Source: Anaerolineae bacterium
GTDB taxonomy: Bacteria; Chloroflexota; Anaerolineae; S140-20
Reading direction: 5' to 3'
DNA length: 41,791 bases
Assembly: GCA_027021705.1 (NCBI GenBank)
Contig: JALUTT010000076.1
Location: forward strand, 1 to 41,791
Shown: piece by piece, positions 27,057 through 35,827 of the stretch
How positions within the stretch are numbered: the first letter of the stretch is position 1
How the letters are laid out: every line of letters begins with the position of its first letter
Notes under the pieces: generated by a model
The model's database searches: none
Told to the model about the DNA's origin: nothing
The model's input: only the letters and a program-made list of their open reading frames with translations
Made by a program: the position numbers and the translations under genes

Positions 27057-29875
27057 ACCTTCTTCACCTTGACGATCATGTCGCCGTACAGCGACATGCC
27101 CATAATGGGTGAGTGGTGATCCGGATCCACCAGCGCGTTGGCATTGGGTGTCACATCGCGGAAGTCGTAGGTCTTGCCCAGGCCGGGGCTGAAGCGACCA
27201 CCGCCGCCGAAAGGCAGGCGCAGCACGCCTGGCCGAATGGTCTCCACCAGATAGACCTTGCCGCGCGTCGTGTGGCCCAGGGGGGTCTCCAGCTCCACCA
27301 GGTCGCCCGTCTTCAGGCCCAGCTTCTCGCCGTCGGCGCGGTTCATCTGGATGACGCCGATGGACCAGGTGCCCTTGGGGATGCGCACCTTGCGGCCCGT
27401 GGGCTGCGGCCCGTTCTCGCCGATGACTATCTCATCCACCACCCGCTCGTCGTTTAGGGGCACCCACAGGTCCTCCGTGGGGATGCGGCCTAGCCAGTCC
27501 ACCATCTGCGTGCCGGACATAGCGTGATGCACCCGGCCGGAGATGACCTGGAAGGGGTACTCCTCGCGGTACTTGGCGTAGTCCGGGTTGGTGTACGGGT
27601 TCCACAGCGTCTCGAACCAGTAGAAGGTCTTGGGATACTTCTCCCACCCCAGTTCCTGGATGCCGGGCGGAGCCTCGCCGGCCTCCTCGATGAGCTTGTT
27701 GTACTTGGCGTAGCGGCCCTTGCGCTTGCCGTCTAGGTCGTAGTCCCAGGTGAAGTCGACCTTCTTGCTGTCGGTCTTGAGCACACCGCCGTTCTTGAAG
27801 CGGTGCCAGCTCATAGGCCACACCGCCACGCCGTGGTGCTCGCGCAGCCACTGCACGGTGACGTATTCGCCGATGACCTTCTTGCCCTCATCGTCTATGG
27901 TGACGTTGCCGGCCTCCAGCGAATCGGGCGTGCCGTACAGCTTGTAGTTAACCGGCAGGTGCGGATAGGGCAGCGGCTCGCCAGTATGGGCCCGCCCCGG
28001 CGCCTTCTTCAGGGCTTCGTTCCAGAAGTCCTCCTCGGTGGGATACTTCTCCCAGAAGTCCTCCGGCTTGATGTCCGGGTCGCCCTTCTCGTACAGCTTA
28101 CGGGCCAGCGCCCAGGCGATGTCGTACTGCGTCTTCGACTCGTACAGCTTATCAATGACGAAGTCGCGCAGGTAGAGCAGTTGATGGCTGGGGTAGATGT
28201 CCGACAGGCTCATGCGCTCCAGGTAACTGGCTTCGGGCAGCACCACATCGGCGTACAAGCCCGTCTCTAGGAAGGGCGTATCAATGTAAACCACCAACTC
28301 CACCCGGTAGTCCTCGCCATCTTTGGCCGTCAGGGCCTCGATCCACTTGTCGGTGTTGGAGCCGGTGATGACCGGATTGCCGGTGCGGATGAAGAAGGCC
28401 TTAATGGGGTACTTGTGCCCGCGGAAGGGGCCGTACTTCAGCTCCACACCCTCCAGGAAGCGGCTGGGGTAATCGCCTACCACGTCGTCCCAGGCGGCGG
28501 TCCACTTGCCGAAGAGGTCCATATGCAGTTCCTCGACCTTGCCGGTGACCTCCTGGCCGTTGATGACGCGCGTCACCTCTCGCTTGAGGAAGTGACCGCC
28601 CTTGGCTCTGCCGCCCTTGTCCGACTTGACCAGCTCGGTATCAATGGCGCCGCCGGGTACCTCCATGTTGCCGGTGATGACGTTGAGCGCGGTGCCGATG
28701 ATGGAAGCCACGTAGCCGTTGTAGTGGTGGCCGATGCCGTTCATGCCCCACACCCAGGCCGCCGGCTTGGTGATGCCGAAAGTGTGGGCCAACTCGGCGA
28801 TGGTCTCGGCCTCGATGCCGGTGCGCTCGGCGGCCCACTCCAGGCTGAAGTAGTTCAGGCCGTTGATGGGATCCGTCTTGTCCCACCAGCTCTTGAAGGC
28901 GGCCTCGAACTCCTCCCAACCCCGGCTGTACTCCAGGAAGGACCAGTCAATGTAGCGCCGGAAGGGGTCGTCATCGCTGTGGTTCTCCAGGATGTAGCGC
29001 AGCACCGCCGCGAACAGGTCGGGGTCGGTGCCGGGGCGGATGGGGATCCACTGATCGGCCTTGGTGGCCGTGTTGGAGAAGGCCGGATCAATGACGATGA
29101 TCTTGGCGCCAGCCAGCTTGGCCTCCACTGTGCCCCGCGATTCGTAGACGATGCGGGTAGCGGTGAAGGGGTTCCAGCCGGCGTAGACGATGAGCCGCGT
29201 GCGATACTTGTAGTCGTTCTTCAGGCTGCCGTCAGGCTGGCGCACCAGCACCGGCCGCATGATGTCCGGCTCCACCCGCTTGCCGCCAAACATGAGCTTG
29301 GGGCCGTGGCGGCGCGGGGTGTCGCAGATGGCGCCGTGCTCCACCGTATGAGGCGTGCCAAAGGCACGGAAGAGGTAATAGTACGGGTCGCGATCGGTGA
29401 CGTCACCGCAATCCATGATCACCGCTTCGGCACCGTACTTTCGCTTGATCTCCAGCAGCCTGTCGGCGATGAAGTTCAGCGCCTCCTCCCAAGAGACGCG
29501 CCTGAACTTGCCCTCGCCCCGCTCGCCGACGCGGATCATAGGATATTTGATGCGGTTGGCGTTGTAAACCATTTGTAAGCCCGAAGCGCCTTTGGCGCAC
29601 AGCACGCCGGAATTGAGGGGCGCGTAGGGATTGCCGTAGATGGCCGATGCCACGCCGTTTTCCACCCGCACCGCGATGCCACACTCGGCGGGGCACATCA
29701 CGCAGGCGCTGTAGACGGTCTTGACTTCGGCCTGCTGCAACCGGCGGGCCTCGGCCCGGTCGATCTGCTTGAAGCCGCTCCCCAGCGCGGCCAACGCGGC
29801 CAGCCCGCCCGCCGCAGCACCGCCGGCCTTCAGGAAATCACGGCGCGAGAGTTGTTTGTCCTTCCAGTCAATCAT
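27053..29875 (-). CDS. Tat-exported Mo/W-bisPGD oxidoreductase catalytic subunit (A), Psr/Arr-like clade; candidate AnrA-like
   Basis: Tat motif SRRDFLK; FS0 motif C-x2-C-x3-C-x27-C-x-K; RIKYPMIRVGERGEGKF; FGTPH...HGAIC (putative Cys Mo ligand); ADVVLPEASYLER; C-terminal molybdopterin-binding domain. Alternative start GTG 29878. Confidence 0.9.
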   Translation of the reverse strand: MIDWKDKQLSRRDFLKAGGAAAGGLAALAALGSGFKQIDRAEARRLQQAEVKTVYSACVMCPAECGIAVRVENGVASAIYGNPYAPLNSGVLCAKGASGLQMVYNANRIKYPMIRVGERGEGKFRRVSWEEALNFIADRLLEIKRKYGAEAVIMDCGDVTDRDPYYYLFRAFGTPHTVEHGAICDTPRRHGPKLMFGGKRVEPDIMRPVLVRQPDGSLKNDYKYRTRLIVYAGWNPFTATRIVYESRGTVEAKLAGAKIIVIDPAFSNTATKADQWIPIRPGTDPDLFAAVLRYILENHSDDDPFRRYIDWSFLEYSRGWEEFEAAFKSWWDKTDPINGLNYFSLEWAAERTGIEAETIAELAHTFGITKPAAWVWGMNGIGHHYNGYVASIIGTALNVITGNMEVPGGAIDTELVKSDKGGRAKGGHFLKREVTRVINGQEVTGKVEELHMDLFGKWTAAWDDVVGDYPSRFLEGVELKYGPFRGHKYPIKAFFIRTGNPVITGSNTDKWIEALTAKDGEDYRVELVVYIDTPFLETGLYADVVLPEASYLERMSLSDIYPSHQLLYLRDFVIDKLYESKTQYDIAWALARKLYEKGDPDIKPEDFWEKYPTEEDFWNEALKKAPGRAHTGEPLPYPHLPVNYKLYGTPDSLEAGNVTIDDEGKKVIGEYVTVQWLREHHGVAVWPMSWHRFKNGGVLKTDSKKVDFTWDYDLDGKRKGRYAKYNKLIEEAGEAPPGIQELGWEKYPKTFYWFETLWNPYTNPDYAKYREEYPFQVISGRVHHAMSGTQMVDWLGRIPTEDLWVPLNDERVVDEIVIGENGPQPTGRKVRIPKGTWSIGVIQMNRADGEKLGLKTGDLVELETPLGHTTRGKVYLVETIRPGVLRLPFGGGGRFSPGLGKTYDFRDVTPNANALVDPDHHSPIMGMSLYGDMIVKVKKV

Positions 29876-29886
29876 CACCCACCTCC

Positions 29887-30792
29887 CTAAACCAGGTAGA
29901 AGACTTTGGGATCAGTGCCCATGTCTTCCTTCAGCCGCATCACGTTGGGCTGGCCGATGAGCTCAGAGACCAGGCTCTTGGGGTCGTTCATATCGCCGAA
30001 GTAGGTAGCGCGGCCCATGCAACTGAGGGTGCAGGCCGGCAACTCCCCACGCTCGATGCGGTGGAGACAGAAGTGGCACTTGCGGGCGTTGCCAATGGGC
30101 GATCCGCCGTCGGCCCGCGTGCGATTCTCACCATACTCGGGCGATGGCAGCAGTTCATAGGGCTGGCGCTCGCCCCCCTCGAAGTCGCCGTAGAAGTAGC
30201 CCGAATCGAAGGAGCGGGCTGAGTAGGGGCAGGCTGTGATGCAGTAGCGGCAGCCGATGCACTGGTCGTAGTCAATGACCACGATGCCATCGGCACGCTT
30301 CCAGGTGGCGTGTACCGGGCACACAGGCACGCAGGGCGGATCCTCGCATTGCATGCAGGGCCGGGGCACGAAGCGCCGAGCCACGTTGGGATAGGTGCCG
30401 TGGGTCTCAGTCATCACCGGCCGGTAGGTGACGCCCGGCGGCAATTTGTTCTCGGTGATACAGGCCACGTTGCAGCCGTTGCAGCCGGTGCACTTGCGCA
30501 GATCAATGACCATAGCCCATTTGCGCTGCTCCACCGGCTTCTGCAGGGCGCGCTGCAGGTCCTCCATCATGCGCTGGACGGGATGTTCGCCCTCCACCGG
30601 CTCCGGCAGTTCCACCACAGGGACCAGCCCCTCGGCCTGGGCGGCCGGTCCAGCACGCACCGGCTCGGTGTCGCCCAGCACAGCCGGCGCCACCAGGCCG
30701 GCGAAGACCACGCTGGCGAACTTGCCCAGGAAGGACCGGCGCGACTCCTCGCTGGCGAGAGGGCCGACCTCCGAGCCTCTGTCCAGAGACAT
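29887..30792 (-). CDS. Four-cluster Fe-S electron transfer subunit (B; NrfC/TtrB/PsrB-like) with its own Tat signal
   Basis: [48 protein letters not shown]...PACTLSC. Confidence 0.92.
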   Translation of the reverse strand: MSLDRGSEVGPLASEESRRSFLGKFASVVFAGLVAPAVLGDTEPVRAGPAAQAEGLVPVVELPEPVEGEHPVQRMMEDLQRALQKPVEQRKWAMVIDLRKCTGCNGCNVACITENKLPPGVTYRPVMTETHGTYPNVARRFVPRPCMQCEDPPCVPVCPVHATWKRADGIVVIDYDQCIGCRYCITACPYSARSFDSGYFYGDFEGGERQPYELLPSPEYGENRTRADGGSPIGNARKCHFCLHRIERGELPACTLSCMGRATYFGDMNDPKSLVSELIGQPNVMRLKEDMGTDPKVFYLV

Positions 30793-30797
30793 AGCGA

Positions 30798-30914
30798 CGC
30801 CTCCTTTCTGCTATTGGGTCCAGGGATGACCTCCCAATCAACATTGTAGCAGAAAGGAGGCGGGCATACAACTAGGGAAGCAACGGGTTCGAACCTGGGG
30901 AAAATCCTAGTTTC
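30798..30914 (-). promoter_or_regulatory. Internal promoter of the BADC genes (TTGTAT-N17-TACAAT) with 16-bp inverted repeat and putative response-regulator sites
   Basis: -10 at 30843-30848, -35 at 30866-30871; repeat arms 30798-30813 and 30847-30862; CTAGG/CCTAG-like motifs upstream of the -35. Confidence 0.6.
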
Positions 30915-31556
30915 CTACGTCACTATCCCCCGCTCGATGGCAAAGCGCACCAGTTCAGCCCGGTTGGAGAGGCCCAGCTTGCGCATCAGGTTGGCGCGGT
31001 GGAAGTCCACCGTCTTGACGCTGATGAACAGGGTCTCGGCCACCTCCTGGTAGGTCTTGCCCTGGGCCAGCAGCACCAGCACCTCCCGCTCCCGCTCTGT
31101 CAGTGTGTCGTAGGGGTCGGCCGGCACGCCGCCGGCCTGCCTCCGCACATCGTCCACCAGCACGCCGCTCACACGTGGGTCCAGGTAGGTGCCGCCAGCG
31201 TATACCTCGCGGATGGCGCGCACCAGGCTGTCGTCCGGCGCCCGCTTGAGCACATAGCCGGCCGCGCCAGCCTTCAAAGCGGGCAGCACATACTCCTTGT
31301 TCTCGTGTTGAGTCAAGATGAGAACGCGCGTTGCTGGATAGGTGCTGACGATCTCGTGGGTGGCCGCCAGCCCGTCCATGCCCGGCATACCGATGTCCAT
31401 CAACACCACGTCGGGCTTGAGGGTCTGCACCTGAACCAACGTCTCGTGGCCGTCGGCCGCCTCGCCGACTACCTCGAAATCCGAATGTAGCTGCAGCAGC
31501 GCCCGGATGCCGGCCCGCAGGATAGCGTGATCGTCGGCGATCAGGATACGAATCAT
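30915..31556 (-). CDS. NarL/LuxR-family response regulator (R)
   Basis: [53 protein letters not shown]. Real start is ATG 31556, overlapping the kinase stop. Confidence 0.93.
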   Translation of the reverse strand: MIRILIADDHAILRAGIRALLQLHSDFEVVGEAADGHETLVQVQTLKPDVVLMDIGMPGMDGLAATHEIVSTYPATRVLILTQHENKEYVLPALKAGAAGYVLKRAPDDSLVRAIREVYAGGTYLDPRVSGVLVDDVRRQAGGVPADPYDTLTEREREVLVLLAQGKTYQEVAETLFISVKTVDFHRANLMRKLGLSNRAELVRFAIERGIVT

Positions 31557-33898
31557 ATGTTCCCCTCCTTCAATGGCAGCGTGACGCACAACCGGGTGCC
31601 GCGGCCGGGTTCGCTCTCGATGACGAATTGACCACCCAGCAATGCCGCCCGTTCCTGCATGCCCAGCAGCCCCCAGCCACGCCGGCTGTTGTCCTCGGCC
31701 AAAGCCTTGCCTGGGTTGAAGCCGACGCCATCGTCCTGGATCTCCATGCACGCCTGCCGCCCCTCAACCCGCAGGCGGATGTGCACTTCATGCGCCTGAG
31801 CGTGCTTGCCGATGTTGGTGATGGCCTCCTGCCCGATGCGGAACAGGGCCGTCTCCACCTCGGAAGACAAACGCCGGGTCTCCTCCGGCACGTCCAGGAC
31901 GACCTCGATGCCGCGCTTCTGCAAGCGCTCCTCAGCGTACCAGCGCAGGGCCCGGCACAACCCCAGATCATCCAGCAGGCTTGGGCGCAGGTCGTAGATG
32001 ACCTCCTGCAGCTCCTTCACCGTATCGCTGGTTGAAACGCGCAGCCGGTCCAGCAGCTCAGGAGCCATATCCGGAGCCTGGCTCAAGGCAGTGCTGACCG
32101 CGTTCAGGCCAAAGACGAGGGCATTCAGGGACTGGCCGATGCCATCGTGCAGCTCACGGGCGATGCGTTGGCGCTCTTCTTCCTGAGCGCGAATCACCTG
32201 TGCCAGCAGTTCGCTGCGCACCCGTTCCTTCTGGCGCAGCTCCTCCCACAGACGGGCGTTCTCCAGCGCGATGCCGATCTGCTGGCCCACTGCCGCCAGC
32301 AGGTTCATCTCCGCCGCGTCGAAGGCTCGCAGGCTGATCGCGGCCACGCTCAACACGCCCAGCGTGCGTCCTCGTGCCTGCACAGGCACTGTGGCGTGGC
32401 ACATAAGGGGCTGCCCGCTGGTGTCCAGCGCATGTTGGGCCAGACACCCTTCCCCTGCCGTCGCGTCCACAATGCGCGGCTTGTTCTCCCGCAGCACCTG
32501 GCCACACGGGCACTCGGGAAAAGCGAAAGCCTCGGACCTTGCTGCCAGTCCCTGAGAAGCCGCCAGATGGGGCTGCCCGTTCTCCGTGAGCACAAAGATC
32601 CAGCCGGCGGTCAGGTCCAGCGCACTCAAGATCTGATGCAAGGCACGCTTGAGGATCTCGTCGGCTGGCAAGGGTTCTCCAACGGCTGAGGCCACAGCGT
32701 TGAGGGCCGTCAACTCCCGATTGCGCCGACGTAGCTCCTCCTCGCGTGCCTTGCGCTGGGTAACGTCGCGCGTAAACCAGGCCAAAGCGCGTCGGCCCTG
32801 GTACTCAACCAGGGTGCCGGTCGTCTCCAGAATGCGCGTCCGACCGTGGCGATCTACCATGGTGAATTCACCGGGCATCTCAGCGCGATCGCCTGAGCGG
32901 ATCGCTTGCCACGCGGCCCGCGCCGCGGCCAACGAGTCGGGGTGCAGGATACTGGCAGCATTGGCCCCCAACAGTTCCGCCGGTTCAAAGCCGGCCAGGC
33001 GAGCGAAGGCCCTGTTGACGAACAGGAACGTGCCCTCATCGGGACCTTCATCGCAAATCAGCGCAATTCCCTCGCCCACTGTGCCAGCGGCCGTCAACAG
33101 GTCCCGATAGCCGGCCTCGGACACCTGCAACTGCTGGATAGCCGTCTGGATGTCGCTGGCCATCTGGTTGAAAGCCGCGGCCAGGTCCCCTACCTCGTCG
33201 CCAGGCGGCAGATCAATGCGCTCGTCCAGATGGCCCCGGCCCAACCGCTGTACGCGCCGCGTCAGCTCGACCAGCGGGTAGGTGGCCAACCGGCTGAAGC
33301 CGTAGGCCACCGCTGCCGCCAGCAGGCAGCCGACCGCGGTCAGCGCCAACACGAAGCCCGTTACCTGGCGTTGCACGGCAACAATGCGCGCCTGGCTGAT
33401 CCCCAGGTGGACCTCAGCCGGCAGTCCATTCAACGGCCGATAGCCGAAGTCGCGAACCAGACCGTATTCAGTGCGGAGCAGGAGCCCCTCGCCGGGCTGC
33501 TCACGGTCGGCCGGCAGGACCTGCAGCAAGTCGGCCGGAAAGCCGTCGGGAAAGGTGTGGATGATGGGAGTATCAGGGCCAAAGGCGAAGGCGTACACCA
33601 CGCCCTGATTGCGGCGCACGGCTGCGTTGACCGCCTCTTGCACCGCGGCCAGGTCCCCCTCCACCAGAGCGTTGGCCAGGCTCTCGCCCAGGGCCAGGGT
33701 CAGCGTCTGCCCGGAGGTAATTGATTCAGCGCGCAGGTTTTGCAACAGGACCTGGTTGATGGCTCCGGTGGTGATGAAGCCGGCCGCCACCACAATGACC
33801 ATCACAGCCAGCGTCACGCGAGTGGTCAGCCGCCGCGGCAGCCAGCGCTCCATACGCCGCAGTATCTTCCCGGCCCAGCTCAGCCCAAGTCCAACCAT
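31553..33898 (-). CDS. Membrane sensor histidine kinase (S): 2 TM, HAMP, PAS, GAF, HisKA_3, HATPase
   Basis: [62 protein letters not shown]. Start inferred at ATG 33898 just after the X stop. Confidence 0.9.
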   Translation of the reverse strand: MVGLGLSWAGKILRRMERWLPRRLTTRVTLAVMVIVVAAGFITTGAINQVLLQNLRAESITSGQTLTLALGESLANALVEGDLAAVQEAVNAAVRRNQGVVYAFAFGPDTPIIHTFPDGFPADLLQVLPADREQPGEGLLLRTEYGLVRDFGYRPLNGLPAEVHLGISQARIVAVQRQVTGFVLALTAVGCLLAAAVAYGFSRLATYPLVELTRRVQRLGRGHLDERIDLPPGDEVGDLAAAFNQMASDIQTAIQQLQVSEAGYRDLLTAAGTVGEGIALICDEGPDEGTFLFVNRAFARLAGFEPAELLGANAASILHPDSLAAARAAWQAIRSGDRAEMPGEFTMVDRHGRTRILETTGTLVEYQGRRALAWFTRDVTQRKAREEELRRRNRELTALNAVASAVGEPLPADEILKRALHQILSALDLTAGWIFVLTENGQPHLAASQGLAARSEAFAFPECPCGQVLRENKPRIVDATAGEGCLAQHALDTSGQPLMCHATVPVQARGRTLGVLSVAAISLRAFDAAEMNLLAAVGQQIGIALENARLWEELRQKERVRSELLAQVIRAQEEERQRIARELHDGIGQSLNALVFGLNAVSTALSQAPDMAPELLDRLRVSTSDTVKELQEVIYDLRPSLLDDLGLCRALRWYAEERLQKRGIEVVLDVPEETRRLSSEVETALFRIGQEAITNIGKHAQAHEVHIRLRVEGRQACMEIQDDGVGFNPGKALAEDNSRRGWGLLGMQERAALLGGQFVIESEPGRGTRLCVTLPLKEGNI

Positions 33899-33899
33899 C

Positions 33900-34823
33900 T
33901 CACGGCTCCAGCAGACCGACATCGCGCGCAATACGGCGCAGGTCTTCGTAGTCGGCGTCGCGGGCGAGGACAAACCCACGAGGCATCTCGGAACGCTCCC
34001 AGTGGTAGAGGGCCGCGGCATCGGTGCCAGTGGGGTCCAGAGCCAGCAGTGCCTGCTGCACGATGGCCACCGTCTTGGCCGGCGCCGCCGGCCCGGCCAC
34101 AATCCCGCTGGACGGATAGGGTTCCGACAGAGCCAGGATGCGCACCAACCCGCGGGCAGCCAGGTCGCTCGCCAGCGTATCCTGGAGGCCGCCGGCATCG
34201 AAGCGGCCGCTGGTCACCGCGTTAGCGGTTGCCGCGTGGGAGCCGGTGTAGGTGTAGGCACGGAGGTCCGCGAGGGTGAGGCCCGCCTGCTGCAGCATCA
34301 GGCGGGGAATGAGATGTCCCTGGGTGGAGTTGGGTGCGCCAAAGGCGAAGGTGCGGCCTCGCAGGTCGGCAATCGTGCGCAACTCGCTGGCCGGCGGCAC
34401 GACGATAGCGGCCCGATAGGTATCTTCCCCTTCAGCGTTAAGCCCGCGAACCAGGATGCGAGCGCCGCAGCGGTGATACGCCTGGAGATAGGAGACGGTG
34501 CCCACAATGGCAAAGTGGACCCTGCCGCTGCACAGGTCGTCCACCACATTGCCATCGCGCGGCGTGACATACAGGCGGTAGGTGAGCCCGGTGCGCGCCT
34601 CCAGCCAATTGAGGAGCGAGGCGTTCATGCGCACGTCCTCTTTGGGCTCCAGCCGGCGGTCGAAGCCAAAGGCCCACACGCCGTCCTCCCGTACCGGCGG
34701 CCACACCACCTCGGTCAACAAATTCTCCGAGAGATGGACCGAGGTGGTCGGCTCGCGAGCACAGGCTCCCAGCGGGGAAAGCAACGCCAGTATGGACAGA
34801 AGCAACCACAATCTACGGATCAC
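33900..34823 (-). CDS. PhnD-like phosphate/phosphonate/oxyanion-binding lipoprotein (X), sensory accessory
   Basis: C-terminal 307 aa of the 700-aa ORF; lipobox [48 protein letters not shown]; no ABC permease or ATPase nearby. Confidence 0.85.
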   Translation of the reverse strand: MIRRLWLLLSILALLSPLGACAREPTTSVHLSENLLTEVVWPPVREDGVWAFGFDRRLEPKEDVRMNASLLNWLEARTGLTYRLYVTPRDGNVVDDLCSGRVHFAIVGTVSYLQAYHRCGARILVRGLNAEGEDTYRAAIVVPPASELRTIADLRGRTFAFGAPNSTQGHLIPRLMLQQAGLTLADLRAYTYTGSHAATANAVTSGRFDAGGLQDTLASDLAARGLVRILALSEPYPSSGIVAGPAAPAKTVAIVQQALLALDPTGTDAAALYHWERSEMPRGFVLARDADYEDLRRIARDVGLLEP

Positions 34824-34872
34824 GTGGTGGATTTTACTATGCTTTGTATGCTCCGTCCAGTGAAGAAATCCG

Positions 34873-35160
34873 ATGTCGGAGCGGGTGGGACGCTGGTTCG
34901 TCAGCGTCCGGGTGCGCGAGAAGGTGGAGGTCAGGCCAGCCACCGGCGAGCCTCCCGGCGTTGACCTGGGCGTCCGGGCGATGACCCTGTTGAGCGCCGG
35001 TCGGTGCCTTGAGGCCCCCCGTCCCCTGGGAACAGGCCCGGAGAAAGCTGCGCCGACTCCAACGCCAACCGGCTTGGCGCAAGCGCGGCGGCAGGAACTA
35101 CGAGAAGACCTGCCGGCGACTTGCCCATTTGTACTATCGCATATATAATATCCAACAGGT
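34873..35160 (+). pseudogene. tnpB: Frameshifted internal fragment of IS200/IS605/IS607-type tnpB
   Basis: Frame 1: [11 protein letters not shown]...[14 protein letters not shown]...PRPL (RuvC-I). After a frameshift: [33 protein letters not shown]. No N- or C-terminal parts. Confidence 0.8.
35121..35149 (+). promoter_or_regulatory. Probable rnpB promoter TTGCCC-N17-TATAAT
   Basis: -35 at 35121-35126, -10 at 35144-35149, about 50 nt before the RNase P P1 helix. Confidence 0.65.
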
Positions 35161-35199
35161 AACATCCAACGGGACGCCCTCCACGGAGAACAGATTGAG

Positions 35200-35615
35200 G
35201 AAAGCCCAGGCCGGCCGGGCGGTCGCGCCCTGCCTCGGGCAGGGTGAGGAAAGTCCGGACTCCACAGGGCACGGTGCTGGGTAACACCCAGGCGGGGTAA
35301 CCCGCGGACAGGGCCACAGAAACAGACCGCCAACGGGAGGGGCTTCCGGCCCCTCTGCGGGCAAGGGTGAAAAGGTGGTGTAAGAGACCACCGGCGCGCC
35401 GGGTGACCGGCGCGGCCAGGCAACCCCCACCGGGAGCAAGGCCAAGCAGGGGGGAAGCGCAGTCGGCTCCGCCGGCCGCGCGGGAGGCGGCCCGTCTCCC
35501 TCGACCCCCGGGTGGGCCGCATGAGGCGGCGGGCAACCGCCGTCCCAGAGAGATGACCGCCACCCCGACCTCGTCGGGGGACAGAATCCGGCTTACAGGC
35601 CGACCTGGGCTTTTC
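35200..35615 (+). ncRNA. rnpB: RNase P RNA, bacterial type A
   Basis: GAGGAAAGTCCGGACTC, GCCACAGAAA, GGGTGAAAAGGTGGTGTAAGAGACCACC, GGAGCAAGGCCAA, ACAGAATCCGGCTTA; terminal helix aaagcccagg/cctgggcttt. Confidence 0.97.
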
Positions 35616-35626
35616 TGGGGGGGTAC

Positions 35627-35780
35627 CAAGGGGCAAGGGGCAAGGGGCAAGGGGCAAGGGGCAGGGGGCAGGGGGCAAGGGGCAAGGGGCAGGGGGCAAG
35701 AGGCAAGGCGCAAGGGACAAGGGGCAAGGGGCAGGGGGCAAGAGGCAAGGCGCAAGGGACAAGGGGCAAGGGGCAGGGGA
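35627..35780. repeat. G-rich 7-bp tandem repeat (CAAGGGG and variants) x22
   Basis: 154 bp; contains an exact 42-bp higher-order duplication at 35676-35717 and 35718-35759. Confidence 0.95.
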
Positions 35781-35827
35781 TAAGGACCGAGGACTACCTG
35801 ACCAAGCGACCAGCCGAGGAGCGGGCG

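Noticed and set aside
27053..29875. Assignment as arrA or arxA
   Set aside because: Neither (R/K)GRY nor GRGWG occurs at the expected position before the Mo-ligand region (a KGRY near the C-terminus is out of position), and gene order is B-A-D-C. No gene symbol given.
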